DNA of 32,000 nucleotides from an uncultured Candidatus Saccharibacteria bacterium (lineage in GTDB: Bacteria; Patescibacteriota; Minisyncoccia; Minisyncoccales; Staskawiczbacteraceae), in contig CAZEXD010000002.1 of the NCBI GenBank assembly GCA_964516865.1, forward strand, positions 863 to 32,862. Direction: 5' to 3'. The position numbers and the translations under genes were made by a program. Position 1 is the first letter of the stretch, and every line of letters begins with the position of its first letter. The notes below the pieces were generated by a model that saw only the letters and a list, made by a program, of their open reading frames with translations, was not told the DNA's origin and ran no database searches. This document shows, in pieces, positions 1-8,135 of the stretch.

Positions 1-304
1 CCAAGGCGGTCTTTCTGTGTTGTGCCACAGCAACCAGTCAATAAGTTTTTTGTTGAATCCGTCTAAGTCATACTAATGTCTCTCTGTTCTAATCAATGAA
101 ACCTTCCTGCAAGGTTCTGTTGAATCTTTCTATGACAGCGTTCATCCTTGGGTATTTGGGGAAGTTTTGGAAATGGATGATACTCTTTTTTTCGGCATAA
201 TCCCTGAGAAGGTGTTCAAATTCAGACCCATTGTTTGTCTGGATTCTTTTGAGGCGACTTTTTCCAGCAAAATCCTGACGCCGACTTCTAAAAAAGTTCG
301 GATT
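1..304 (-). pseudogene. Decayed DDE/rve-type transposase (integrase core) fragment, continues past the left edge
   Basis: Minus-strand translation reads ...DFAGKSRLKRIQTNNGSEFEHLLRDYAEKKSIIHFQNFPKYPRMNAVIERFNRTLQEGFID. TNNGSEF (cf. DNGxEF) and ERFNRTL are classic rve-domain motifs. An in-frame TAG follows (plus 89-91), then a frame change before ...FNKKLIDWLLWHNTERPPW. The upstream part of the domain is missing (TAA at 305-307). Listed + ORF 167..397 is its antisense shadow. Confidence 0.7.
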
Positions 305-442
305 TTATTCAGGACAGACAGCCAATTTCTAAAACGTCAAAAACTCCAATTTTATGGCCTCTTTTTTTCAGTTTATTTATTACAAAATCGCAAATAAAAA
401 ATTTTTTATCGCTTCCAATTGCCAATTTCATATAGTTAGTGG

Positions 443-490
443 TAATTGTCGCACAATATAATTGTCGCACAATATAATTGTCGCACAATA
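443..490. repeat. Three perfect tandem copies of a 16-bp unit TAATTGTCGCACAATA
   Basis: Read directly: units at 443-458, 459-474 and 475-490. Each contains the 5-3-5 palindrome ATTGT-CGC-ACAAT. Confidence 0.9.
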
Positions 491-517
491 AATGAAATTA
501 ACGAATGTTTTTACTTG

Positions 518-589
518 AGCCACCTCGCAGATTTGCACTGCGAACCTACGGTTTACAAAACCGTTGCTCTGCTGTTGAGCTAAGGTGGC
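518..589 (-). tRNA. tRNA-Thr (anticodon UGU), 72 nt plus discriminator, no encoded CCA
   Basis: The reverse complement folds as a perfect cloverleaf. Acceptor GCCACCT/AGGTGGC, D stem GCTC/GAGC, anticodon stem ACGGT/ACCGT with loop TTTGTAA (anticodon TGT), variable AGGTT, T stem CGCAG/CTGCG, discriminator T. The D-loop AACAGCA and T-loop TGCAAAT are atypical. Confidence 0.8.
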
Positions 590-648
590 AAAAATCAAAA
601 TAATATTTATTAAAACAAAAATATTTTATTTGTTGGTACTCGATTAAT

Positions 649-981
649 TTAAGAATTTTGCGGTTTTTCTTTATTATTATCTTTTTTATTATCTTCTGAT
701 TTATGACAATAGAAGTTCTCTCTGATTCTTTGCAGACAACTATCTACATATTTTTCGATTTTTAAAACAAAAATTCTAATTTTTGAAAGAATCTTCAATA
801 TAATTATCTTATCTGGAAATATGCTTTTTATTTTATTTTTAAAGGCATTAAAAATATTTTCTTTTTGAATACCCTCAGGAATTGTTGGCATTTGAACTAA
901 AACAGGAATTTTTTTCGTCAAAATTAAAACAATTCCTCCCACGCTAATTACTAGAATAATTAAAGCAATTAGTTCTAACAT
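649..981 (-). CDS. Hypothetical small membrane-anchored protein (N-terminal TM helix, Lys/Asn-rich tail)
   Basis: 110-aa ORF with hydrophobic N-terminus MLELIALIILVISVGGIVLIL. Sits downstream of tsf on the same strand. No recognisable family. Confidence 0.45.
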   Translation of the reverse strand: MLELIALIILVISVGGIVLILTKKIPVLVQMPTIPEGIQKENIFNAFKNKIKSIFPDKIIILKILSKIRIFVLKIEKYVDSCLQRIRENFYCHKSEDNKKDNNKEKPQNS

Positions 982-1076
982 GTGCTAAATTTTTAATTTC
1001 CAATTTTTAATTTTTAATGAATACCCTAATTTTAATGTTTAAAAAATTAAGGCCTTAAAAATTACAAAATTAAAAA

Positions 1077-1661
1077 TTATATCTCGTACCTTGTAAACCT
1101 TTTAATCTCTATCTTTTCGCCGGTTTTAGCGATTGCGTCATCTACCAGGTCTTTTATAATTTTAGAGTTGTCTTTTATCCAAGGTTGAGAAAGAAGAGAA
1201 ACCTCTTCTTTGTATTTCTTTAATTTTCCTTCAATAATTTGTTCTACGACTTTTTGGGGTTTACCGGAATTTTTTACTTGTTCTAGATAAATCTTTTTTT
1301 CTGCTTCTAATAATTCATTTGGGATATCTTCCTCTTTAACAAACAATGGTTTCATTGCCGCTATTTGTAAACAGATTTCATGGGCTATTTTTTTGAATTC
1401 CTCGGATTGAGCAACAAAATCTGATTCGCAACGAATATCCAACAAAACTCCAGTTTTTAAATTTGGATGAATATAAGCGTCAATTAACCCTTTTTTTACT
1501 TCCCGAGTTAATTTTTTATTTGCTACCGTTTTACCCCAAATTCTTAAAATTTCTTTTGCTTTTTCTATATCTCCATTTGTTTGTTTGAGGGCTTTCTTGC
1601 ATTCCGTCGGAGAAACACCGGTTTCTTCTCTTAATTGTTTAATTTGGTCAATAGAAATCAT
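1077..1661 (-). CDS. tsf: Translation elongation factor Ts
   Basis: MISIDQIKQLREETGVSPTECKKALKQTNGDIEKAKEILR matches the EF-Ts UBA-like N-terminus. The ATG at 1661 is preferred over the TTG at 1679. Classic rpsB-tsf pairing. Confidence 0.9.
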   Translation of the reverse strand: MISIDQIKQLREETGVSPTECKKALKQTNGDIEKAKEILRIWGKTVANKKLTREVKKGLIDAYIHPNLKTGVLLDIRCESDFVAQSEEFKKIAHEICLQIAAMKPLFVKEEDIPNELLEAEKKIYLEQVKNSGKPQKVVEQIIEGKLKKYKEEVSLLSQPWIKDNSKIIKDLVDDAIAKTGEKIEIKRFTRYEI

Positions 1662-1725
1662 AGTAAATGAAAAATCCAAATATCAAGTTAATTACCAAAA
1701 TTCAAGGCCCAAGAGTTTCTTGATA

Positions 1726-2454
1726 TTAGGATTTAGAATTTAATTTTTCATTTGTTATTTGGGCTTTAGATTTCGCTTTTAATACCACTTCTTTTGTTTT
1801 TTCCAAAATATATTTCACTGCCGAGATAGCGTCATCATTTGCGGGAATGGGATAATCCGTTAAATCGGGGTTAATATTGGTATCGCAAATAGCAATAATT
1901 TTTATTCCTTTTTTTCTTGCTTCTTTCGCAGCCAAAGCATCTTTTTTCATATCAAAGATAAAAACAACCTCGGGCAGTTTTGAAATGTCTTTTAATCCTT
2001 CAAATTTATCGCGGAGCGCTTCAATTTCTTTTTCCATTTTCATTCTTTCTTTTTTAGTATATTTTTCCAGAGCGCCAATCTCTTGTTGTCTAACCAATTC
2101 TTTAAAATAATTAATTCTCTGTAAAATTGTTTCGAAATTAGTAAAGGTTCCTCCCAACCATCTTTTATTTACATACGGCAAACCACACTCTTGGGCAATC
2201 TCTTTAATTAAATTTTTTATTGGAATTTTTGTCCCGACCAAAAGAATGGTTTTCCCTTCAGATATGGTCTTATCAATAAATTCTAATGCTTCTTTGATTT
2301 TTTGAATCGTTTCTTCTAAATTAATTATATGAATGGTGTTTTTTATACCAGCCAAATATGGCTTCATTTTCGGATGAAGTTTTGAAACGCGATGACCTAT
2401 TTGCAATCCCGCCCTTTCCATATCTTGTATATTTAAATTAAAATTATTTTCCAT
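1726..2454 (-). CDS. rpsB: 30S ribosomal protein S2
   Basis: 242 aa, with GLQIGHRVSKLHPKMKPYL, LLVGTK and IICDTN-like S2 blocks. Immediately upstream of tsf. Confidence 0.92.
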   Translation of the reverse strand: MENNFNLNIQDMERAGLQIGHRVSKLHPKMKPYLAGIKNTIHIINLEETIQKIKEALEFIDKTISEGKTILLVGTKIPIKNLIKEIAQECGLPYVNKRWLGGTFTNFETILQRINYFKELVRQQEIGALEKYTKKERMKMEKEIEALRDKFEGLKDISKLPEVVFIFDMKKDALAAKEARKKGIKIIAICDTNINPDLTDYPIPANDDAISAVKYILEKTKEVVLKAKSKAQITNEKLNSKS

Positions 2455-2568
2455 AAAATAAATATCGCCAAATACTTTTTACTTTTTTATTATAATTATA
2501 ATATATAAATAAATATAAATAAAAAAACAAAATTAGAATTTCCTTTCGTTTACTGCTGTAATTGGCAA

Positions 2569-2784
2569 TTATTTTTTGATTTTTCTTTTTGCTATTCTTT
2601 CTTTGAATTTTTGCACGCGACCCAAGGTGTCAATAATCTTTTCTTTTCCGGAATAAAAAGGGTGACACTTGGCACAAACCTCTGTTTCTATAAATTCTTT
2701 GGTTGAGCCAACAGTAAAAGTATTACCACAAGCGCAATGGACGTTGGCTTTTGGATAATACTTGGGATGAATATCTTTTTTCAT
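2569..2784 (-). CDS. rpmE: 50S ribosomal protein L31
   Basis: MKKDIHPKYY... with Cys pairs (CACG ... CAKCHPFYSG), typical of zinc-type L31. Confidence 0.9.
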   Translation of the reverse strand: MKKDIHPKYYPKANVHCACGNTFTVGSTKEFIETEVCAKCHPFYSGKEKIIDTLGRVQKFKERIAKRKIKK

Positions 2785-2932
2785 AGTTTTTTGGTTTAGA
2801 TTAAATTAGTTATACTTACTTATAAGATAATAGCAAAAATTCTTTTCAAAATCAATACTTTGTGATATTATTTGTATAAAATAAATAAAATCTAAATTTA
2901 TAAAAAAATTACCAAGAAACAATTAATAAGGT

Positions 2933-3694
2933 ATGAGTCATGAAAAACAATCAATAATTATTGAAATAAGGGCTGGTACGGGGGGAGATGAAGCGAGTTT
3001 ATTTGCTTATGATTTATATCGAACGTACTCAAGATTTGCTCAATCGCAAGGTTGGAGTCAGAAAATTTTGGATTCTAATCCAAATGAAATAGGTGGTTAT
3101 AAAGAAATTATTTTTGAACTAACCGGACCCAATGTTTTTGATATTATGAAATATGAAGGAGGAGTTCATCGAGTCCAAAGAATCCCCAAAACCGAAAAGG
3201 CCGGTAGAATTCATACTTCAACCGTAACAGTGGCGGTTTTACCAAAACCCCAAAAAACAGAAATAAATATAAATCCCAGTGAATTAAAAATTACTACTTA
3301 CAAGGCCTCGGGGCCAGGCGGTCAATATGTTAATAAAACAGAAAGCGCTGTAAGAATACTTCATATTCCAAGCGGTATTGTCGTCACCTCTCAATCAGAA
3401 AGAAATCAAATGCAAAATAAAGAAAATGCTTTAGCGATTTTGGCGGCAAAACTTTTGGAAAAAAAACAAAAAGAACAAAAAGAACAAATTACGGACGCAA
3501 GACGAGAACAAATTGGATGGGCGAAAAGAGCGGAAAAAATGCGAACTTATAATTTTCCCCAAGACAGAGTAACTGACCACCGTATTAATAAAAGTTGGTA
3601 TGACATTGAATCAATAATGGACGGAAAAATAGATCCCATTATTAAAGCATTTAAAAAATACGAAGAGGAAAAAGAAAAAGAAAGCAAAAATTGA
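2933..3694 (+). CDS. prfA: Class I peptide chain release factor, RF1-type (PxT = PKT, GGQ present), lacking N-terminal domain 1
   Basis: IIIEIRAGTGGDEASLFA, RVQRIPKTEKAGRIHTST (P-x-T tripeptide), SGPGGQYVNKTESAVR, and RTYNFPQDRVTDHRIN. An in-frame TAA sits two codons upstream of the ATG (2927-2929). Ends in TGA. Confidence 0.85.
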   Translation: MSHEKQSIIIEIRAGTGGDEASLFAYDLYRTYSRFAQSQGWSQKILDSNPNEIGGYKEIIFELTGPNVFDIMKYEGGVHRVQRIPKTEKAGRIHTSTVTVAVLPKPQKTEININPSELKITTYKASGPGGQYVNKTESAVRILHIPSGIVVTSQSERNQMQNKENALAILAAKLLEKKQKEQKEQITDARREQIGWAKRAEKMRTYNFPQDRVTDHRINKSWYDIESIMDGKIDPIIKAFKKYEEEKEKESKN

Positions 3695-3712
3695 TTTGCT
3701 CGCCTATATCTT

Positions 3713-5143
3713 TTATAATCCTTTTTCCAACTCATTTATATCTTTTTGATATTGACGAGCAAGGCTTATCACTGAATTACCATAAAACCGATAAGTAGTG
3801 TTGGTGGTTCCGGAAAAATAAATCATGGCTGCTTTCCACTCGGCGTTTTCGGTTTTAGCAGAGGCGCCGTAATCAGCAAGATAAAGTCCTGCGGCAATAA
3901 AAGCATCCTTGATGTTCCAAGGATCGCTTAATTTACCTGTAATGGCACTTATTCTGTTCTCGTATTTTATCCAGGTAGAAGGAATAAATTGAGCCGGTCC
4001 CATTGCTCCGCCCCAACCATAACTCATTGGACAAGAAACAGGAGTAAAAGAATAATCTCTTCCCAATTTATTAGTAATATCTAAAAAGTAGGGCACATCT
4101 CTTGTGGGACTCATTACTCTGGAAACAACCGCGTTATCTTTTATTCTTTTTCCCGCGCCAGTATTGATATTGGTTAAATAACATTGACCGACATTTTTTC
4201 CAAGGTTTGATTCTTGGGTTAAAACAGCCAAAAGAAAAGCCGGTCGAACCCCTGTGATACTACTGACATATTTTGCCATTTCATATGCCTCGCCAAAAGT
4301 GGGCGCCTTTGGCACACCTATCAACTCGAAAATTCTTGCTCTAATTGCCGACACTCTTTTAACTGTTTCTTCTTTTTCTTTAAGTTGTTTTTGATATTCT
4401 TCTTTGGTTAATTTTAAGAGTTTTTCTCTTTCATTTTTAATTGTTTCACTTTCTTGTTTTTGTAAAGATTGTATTCTTACCATTTTTTCTACGCTGTCTT
4501 TTTCCTCGTCTATTTTTTGTTTTTGCTTCTCCAAGTAGTTTTTAAGATTTTTAGTGCTAGCGAGAATTTCACTAACTCGCGAATTTAATCTTTCTAGATA
4601 AACCAAATTATCAAAAAAATCAGATAAATTTCCTTCTAATAATATCTCTAAAGATTGTTTTTTATCTTCTTCGTAAATTGTTCTTAAAATATTGGTCAGT
4701 TGAGTTTGAGATTCATTAATTTTCAAACTAATCTTATCAATTGAGGACATTGTTTCGGCAATTTGTATTGTTAAATCTTTAATCATTAAATTACCTTGTT
4801 TTATTTGATATTCGAGATTTTTTATCTTGTTGTTTAGGGTTGAAAGTTGCGACTGGAGATTTTTTTTCTCTTTCTCGGTTTTTGTTAAATCCTGTTCAAT
4901 TCTTTTGCTTTCTTCTTCATAAAATTGAGCGCAATCTTCCAATAATTTTCGACAATCGGTCCCACTCATTCCTGGGCAAGGGGTTTCGCTTTCGGCAACT
5001 TGCTGGCATTTTGTTTCCAAATCTTCCGCTGAAACAATTAAAAAAGGAAAGAAAAATGCGGCCTCAACAAAGAGGGTTAAAAAATATAATCCTATCAACG
5101 ATTTAAAAAATTTCATACTCTTATTTATTATAATATTTTTCAT
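3713..5143 (-). CDS. Secreted coiled-coil protein with C-terminal lysozyme-like/lytic transglycosylase (SLT/MltB-like) domain
   Basis: N-terminal signal/TM segment (alternative ATG at 5116), about 250 aa of heptad-like K/E/Q-rich sequence, then a C-terminal FLLAVLTQESNLG...GAMGPAQFIPSTW motif set typical of transglycosylase SLT domains. Confidence 0.7.
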   Translation of the reverse strand: MKNIIINKSMKFFKSLIGLYFLTLFVEAAFFFPFLIVSAEDLETKCQQVAESETPCPGMSGTDCRKLLEDCAQFYEEESKRIEQDLTKTEKEKKNLQSQLSTLNNKIKNLEYQIKQGNLMIKDLTIQIAETMSSIDKISLKINESQTQLTNILRTIYEEDKKQSLEILLEGNLSDFFDNLVYLERLNSRVSEILASTKNLKNYLEKQKQKIDEEKDSVEKMVRIQSLQKQESETIKNEREKLLKLTKEEYQKQLKEKEETVKRVSAIRARIFELIGVPKAPTFGEAYEMAKYVSSITGVRPAFLLAVLTQESNLGKNVGQCYLTNINTGAGKRIKDNAVVSRVMSPTRDVPYFLDITNKLGRDYSFTPVSCPMSYGWGGAMGPAQFIPSTWIKYENRISAITGKLSDPWNIKDAFIAAGLYLADYGASAKTENAEWKAAMIYFSGTTNTTYRFYGNSVISLARQYQKDINELEKGL

Positions 5144-5154
5144 TTAACTTGAAA

Positions 5155-5190
5155 ACATAACAAAAACAGCTCCGCTTAGCGGGGCTGTTT
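5155..5190 (-). terminator. Putative intrinsic terminator after the L25 gene
   Basis: Minus-strand RNA CAGCCCCGC-UAA-GCGGAGCUG (one C/A mismatch) followed by UUUUUGUU. Confidence 0.5.
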
Positions 5191-5212
5191 GCCAAAACCT
5201 TTTTAATCTTTT

Positions 5213-5902
5213 TTAATGGGTTTTTTCTTCTTTTGCGGTTTGGTTTGGCTGTTCTTCTTCTACAACTTCTTCGGTTTTTTCTTTTTTCTCTACTTTTTCA
5301 ACCTCCTCTACTTTTTCTTCAATTGGTTTTGCTAATTCTTCTTCCACTTTTGTGGGCAAAGCGACCTTCGCTACGATTTCATTAGGATTTTTTAAAAGCT
5401 TAATTTCAGGCGGAACCTTTAGGTCTTTTACCAAAATTTCATCATCAAAGGTTTTTAAAACACTCACATCAATTTTAATATCATGCACCAAATTTTGAGG
5501 GAGGCATTTAATTTTTATTTGCTGGATTTCTTTAACCAATGTTCCGCCTAATTCTTTAACCGCCGGCGCCACACCCTCAAAAATCAACGGTACTTCCACC
5601 TCTATTTCTTGCTTAAGAGATGGCTGATAAAAATCTATATGAATAAAGTCATCATTAATCGGATCGCGTTGAATAGCGTGAATTAACACCTTCTTTTCGT
5701 TTTTATCTCCCTCTAGTTTTAAAGAAATTAAAGACGTTTCTCCCATTTGTTCAAAAACTTTTTTGAAATCTTTAACATCAACTTCAAGTGGTATATTTTC
5801 TATCTCAGGACCATAAAGTATTGCTGGAATTTTTCCCGACCTTTTGGCTGACCTCGTTTTTTTCCCAAAAACCTTTCTAATTTTTGCCCTTAAATTAATC
5901 AT
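5213..5902 (-). CDS. rplY: 50S ribosomal protein L25/general stress protein Ctc, with acidic/Lys-rich C-terminal tail
   Basis: RSAKRSGKIPAILYG...IQRDPINDDFIHIDF matches the L25/Ctc family. Confidence 0.85.
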   Translation of the reverse strand: MINLRAKIRKVFGKKTRSAKRSGKIPAILYGPEIENIPLEVDVKDFKKVFEQMGETSLISLKLEGDKNEKKVLIHAIQRDPINDDFIHIDFYQPSLKQEIEVEVPLIFEGVAPAVKELGGTLVKEIQQIKIKCLPQNLVHDIKIDVSVLKTFDDEILVKDLKVPPEIKLLKNPNEIVAKVALPTKVEEELAKPIEEKVEEVEKVEKKEKTEEVVEEEQPNQTAKEEKTH

Positions 5903-5940
5903 GGTTAATTTATAATATTTTTATTTTTTAATTTTAATTA

Positions 5941-6156
5941 TTATTTAATTATATGGATGCATTGCGCTGGGCAACTATCAGCCGCCTCCTGGGCGCATTC
6001 AATTTTGGTTATCTCTAATTTGTCATTATTTTTAGCGTCTCTTTCTCCGTTTTTAAGAGAGGACTTGCCATCATCGCTTAATTCAAAGTATTTTGAGCAT
6101 AAAGCGGCGCAAGAGCCGCAGCCAATACATTTTTCTCGTTCAATAATTATTTTCAT
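5941..6156 (-). CDS. Small single-cluster ferredoxin
   Basis: 71 aa, with CIGCGSCAALC near the N-terminus and a distal SCPAQC. Confidence 0.75.
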   Translation of the reverse strand: MKIIIEREKCIGCGSCAALCSKYFELSDDGKSSLKNGERDAKNNDKLEITKIECAQEAADSCPAQCIHIIK

Positions 6157-6160
6157 ATTT

Positions 6161-7024
6161 TTATATTTTATTTTTACTTCTAAATAATTTTATTTTTTCT
6201 TCGACGATTGTTTTTACGGCTTTTTTTGCTTTTGGTAAATATTTATAAGGAATAATTTCTGTTGGTTTTAATTTAAATATCTTTTTCAAGGTTTCAGTAT
6301 ACGCCAATCTTAATTCAGTATTAATATTGATTTTTACAATTCCTATTTTGATCGCCTTTTTGATTTCGCTTGATAAAATACCCGAACCGCCGTGTAAAAC
6401 CAAAAAGACATTTTTTACCGCTTTTTTAATTTGTTTTAATCGCTCTAAATCAAGATGGGGGTTACCATATGTGCTTATACCATGAAAATTACCGATATTT
6501 ATCGCCAGACAATTAACTCCTGTTTCATTGACATATTTGATGGCTTCTTGAGGATTGGTTAAATCCTCTTTTTTTATTATAAATTTTTTATTATAAACCT
6601 TTGAAGTTTCAGTGCCAATAACCCCTATTTCTCCCTCAACCAAAACATTAAATTTTCTTGCATATTTGATTATTTCTTTTGTGCGGGAAACGTTCTCTTC
6701 CAAAGAAAAATTTGAACCATCAAAGTGAACCATATCATAACCGACTTCTATCGCCCTTTTTATATATTCAATTGATTTTCCATGGTCTAAATTTAGAAAA
6801 ATCGGGATTTCTAATTCTGTTTGATAGGATTTTTTAAGGTCTACTATTCTTTTTAATCCCAAAAACCTGCTTTCTCCCTCTGAGGTCCCTAAAATTATAG
6901 GGGATTTTAAACTATTAGCCGCTTCAATTATTCCTGCCAGTTGAGATAAGTCAGAAAAATTAAATTGGCCAAGTACCCATCGTTCTTTACCGGCTCTTTT
7001 TAGGTAATATTCAAGATTTTTCAT
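6161..7024 (-). CDS. fba: Class II fructose-bisphosphate aldolase
   Basis: LNLDHG, HFDGS, EGEIG, NIGNFHG and LVLHGGSG blocks, in the characteristic order of class II FBA/tagatose-bisphosphate aldolases. Confidence 0.85.
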   Translation of the reverse strand: MKNLEYYLKRAGKERWVLGQFNFSDLSQLAGIIEAANSLKSPIILGTSEGESRFLGLKRIVDLKKSYQTELEIPIFLNLDHGKSIEYIKRAIEVGYDMVHFDGSNFSLEENVSRTKEIIKYARKFNVLVEGEIGVIGTETSKVYNKKFIIKKEDLTNPQEAIKYVNETGVNCLAINIGNFHGISTYGNPHLDLERLKQIKKAVKNVFLVLHGGSGILSSEIKKAIKIGIVKININTELRLAYTETLKKIFKLKPTEIIPYKYLPKAKKAVKTIVEEKIKLFRSKNKI

Positions 7025-7056
7025 TTAAAAATTAATGATACTAATTTAGATGAAAA

Positions 7057-8052
7057 TTAAATAATTTTTTGCTGATGAACTTTTACTTTACTAAATTTTT
7101 GATTTTTTTTCAAGAGGCCGTTTTTAGCTCCAAATTGGTTAATGCAACTAACAGAATTGGCAATTCCCAATTGGATGGCGCTAACAATATCTTTATTAAA
7201 GCGCAAATATCCCGCTAAAAATCCTGAACCAAAAGCATCGCCCGCCCCTGTTTTATCAACGACCTTGGTGGGTAAAGAGGAGGCGCTGTAAATTATTTTT
7301 CCATCCGAAACCACGACACCATTTTTACCTTTTGTCATAATAGCGATACCGGAACAAATTTCATCAATTTTTTTAAAAATTTCTTTCTCTCTTTGATAAG
7401 AAGTTTTGGTGAGTAAAGAGGCCTCTTCTTGATTCAAAATTAAAACATTCACCTTTTTTAAAATTCTTTTTAAAACTTCTTTTGCTGAAAAAATTTGAGC
7501 GCTGGCAGGATTTAGAGCAATCTTGATATTATTTTCAAAGCCAAAATTTACCAAATCTTCTAAAAGCGCTGTCTTTTCTTTTTTAATTTTGGAAAAAAGT
7601 GGCGCAATATAAAACCAATCGGCTTTCAACTCGCACCACGGAATATTTTCTTTGCTTAAATCCTCGGAAGCGCCTTTGTAAACAAGAATTGTTCTATCGC
7701 TATTAACCCCGGTAATGATGATGGAATGATTGGTTGATTCTTTCTTTGCTTTAATAATAAATTGAGTATCGATTCCCAATTTTGTTAGTTCCTCTATTAT
7801 TTCTTGTCCAGCCAAATCATCGCCTACCGCCCCACAATAAGCAACCTTAAATCCCTGATTAACAAATGTGGCAGCGGTATTTGTTCCTCCCCCACCAGAA
7901 GAAAATAATATTTCCTCAATATCAACCTTTGAACCCAAATTAAAACAAACCCCCTTACCAGTAATAAAACTTTTATTTTTTATTACCTTAACGTCTTTGC
8001 TTTTTATAAATATATCTTTGGTTGCAGAACCAAAAGTAATGATATCGTACAT
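7057..8052 (-). CDS. PfkB-family carbohydrate kinase (substrate not assignable)
   Basis: N-terminal GGGGTN-like motif (SSGGGGTNTA) and C-terminal DKTGAGDAFGSGFLAG signature of ribokinase/PfkB kinases. Confidence 0.75.
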   Translation of the reverse strand: MYDIITFGSATKDIFIKSKDVKVIKNKSFITGKGVCFNLGSKVDIEEILFSSGGGGTNTAATFVNQGFKVAYCGAVGDDLAGQEIIEELTKLGIDTQFIIKAKKESTNHSIIITGVNSDRTILVYKGASEDLSKENIPWCELKADWFYIAPLFSKIKKEKTALLEDLVNFGFENNIKIALNPASAQIFSAKEVLKRILKKVNVLILNQEEASLLTKTSYQREKEIFKKIDEICSGIAIMTKGKNGVVVSDGKIIYSASSLPTKVVDKTGAGDAFGSGFLAGYLRFNKDIVSAIQLGIANSVSCINQFGAKNGLLKKNQKFSKVKVHQQKII

Positions 8053-8135
8053 ACTCGTTTGCTCAAATTCAAAACTTAAAAATTAAATATAAGATTTTGG
8101 TTTTTAGTTATGTTTTGAGTTTTGTATTTCTGGTT

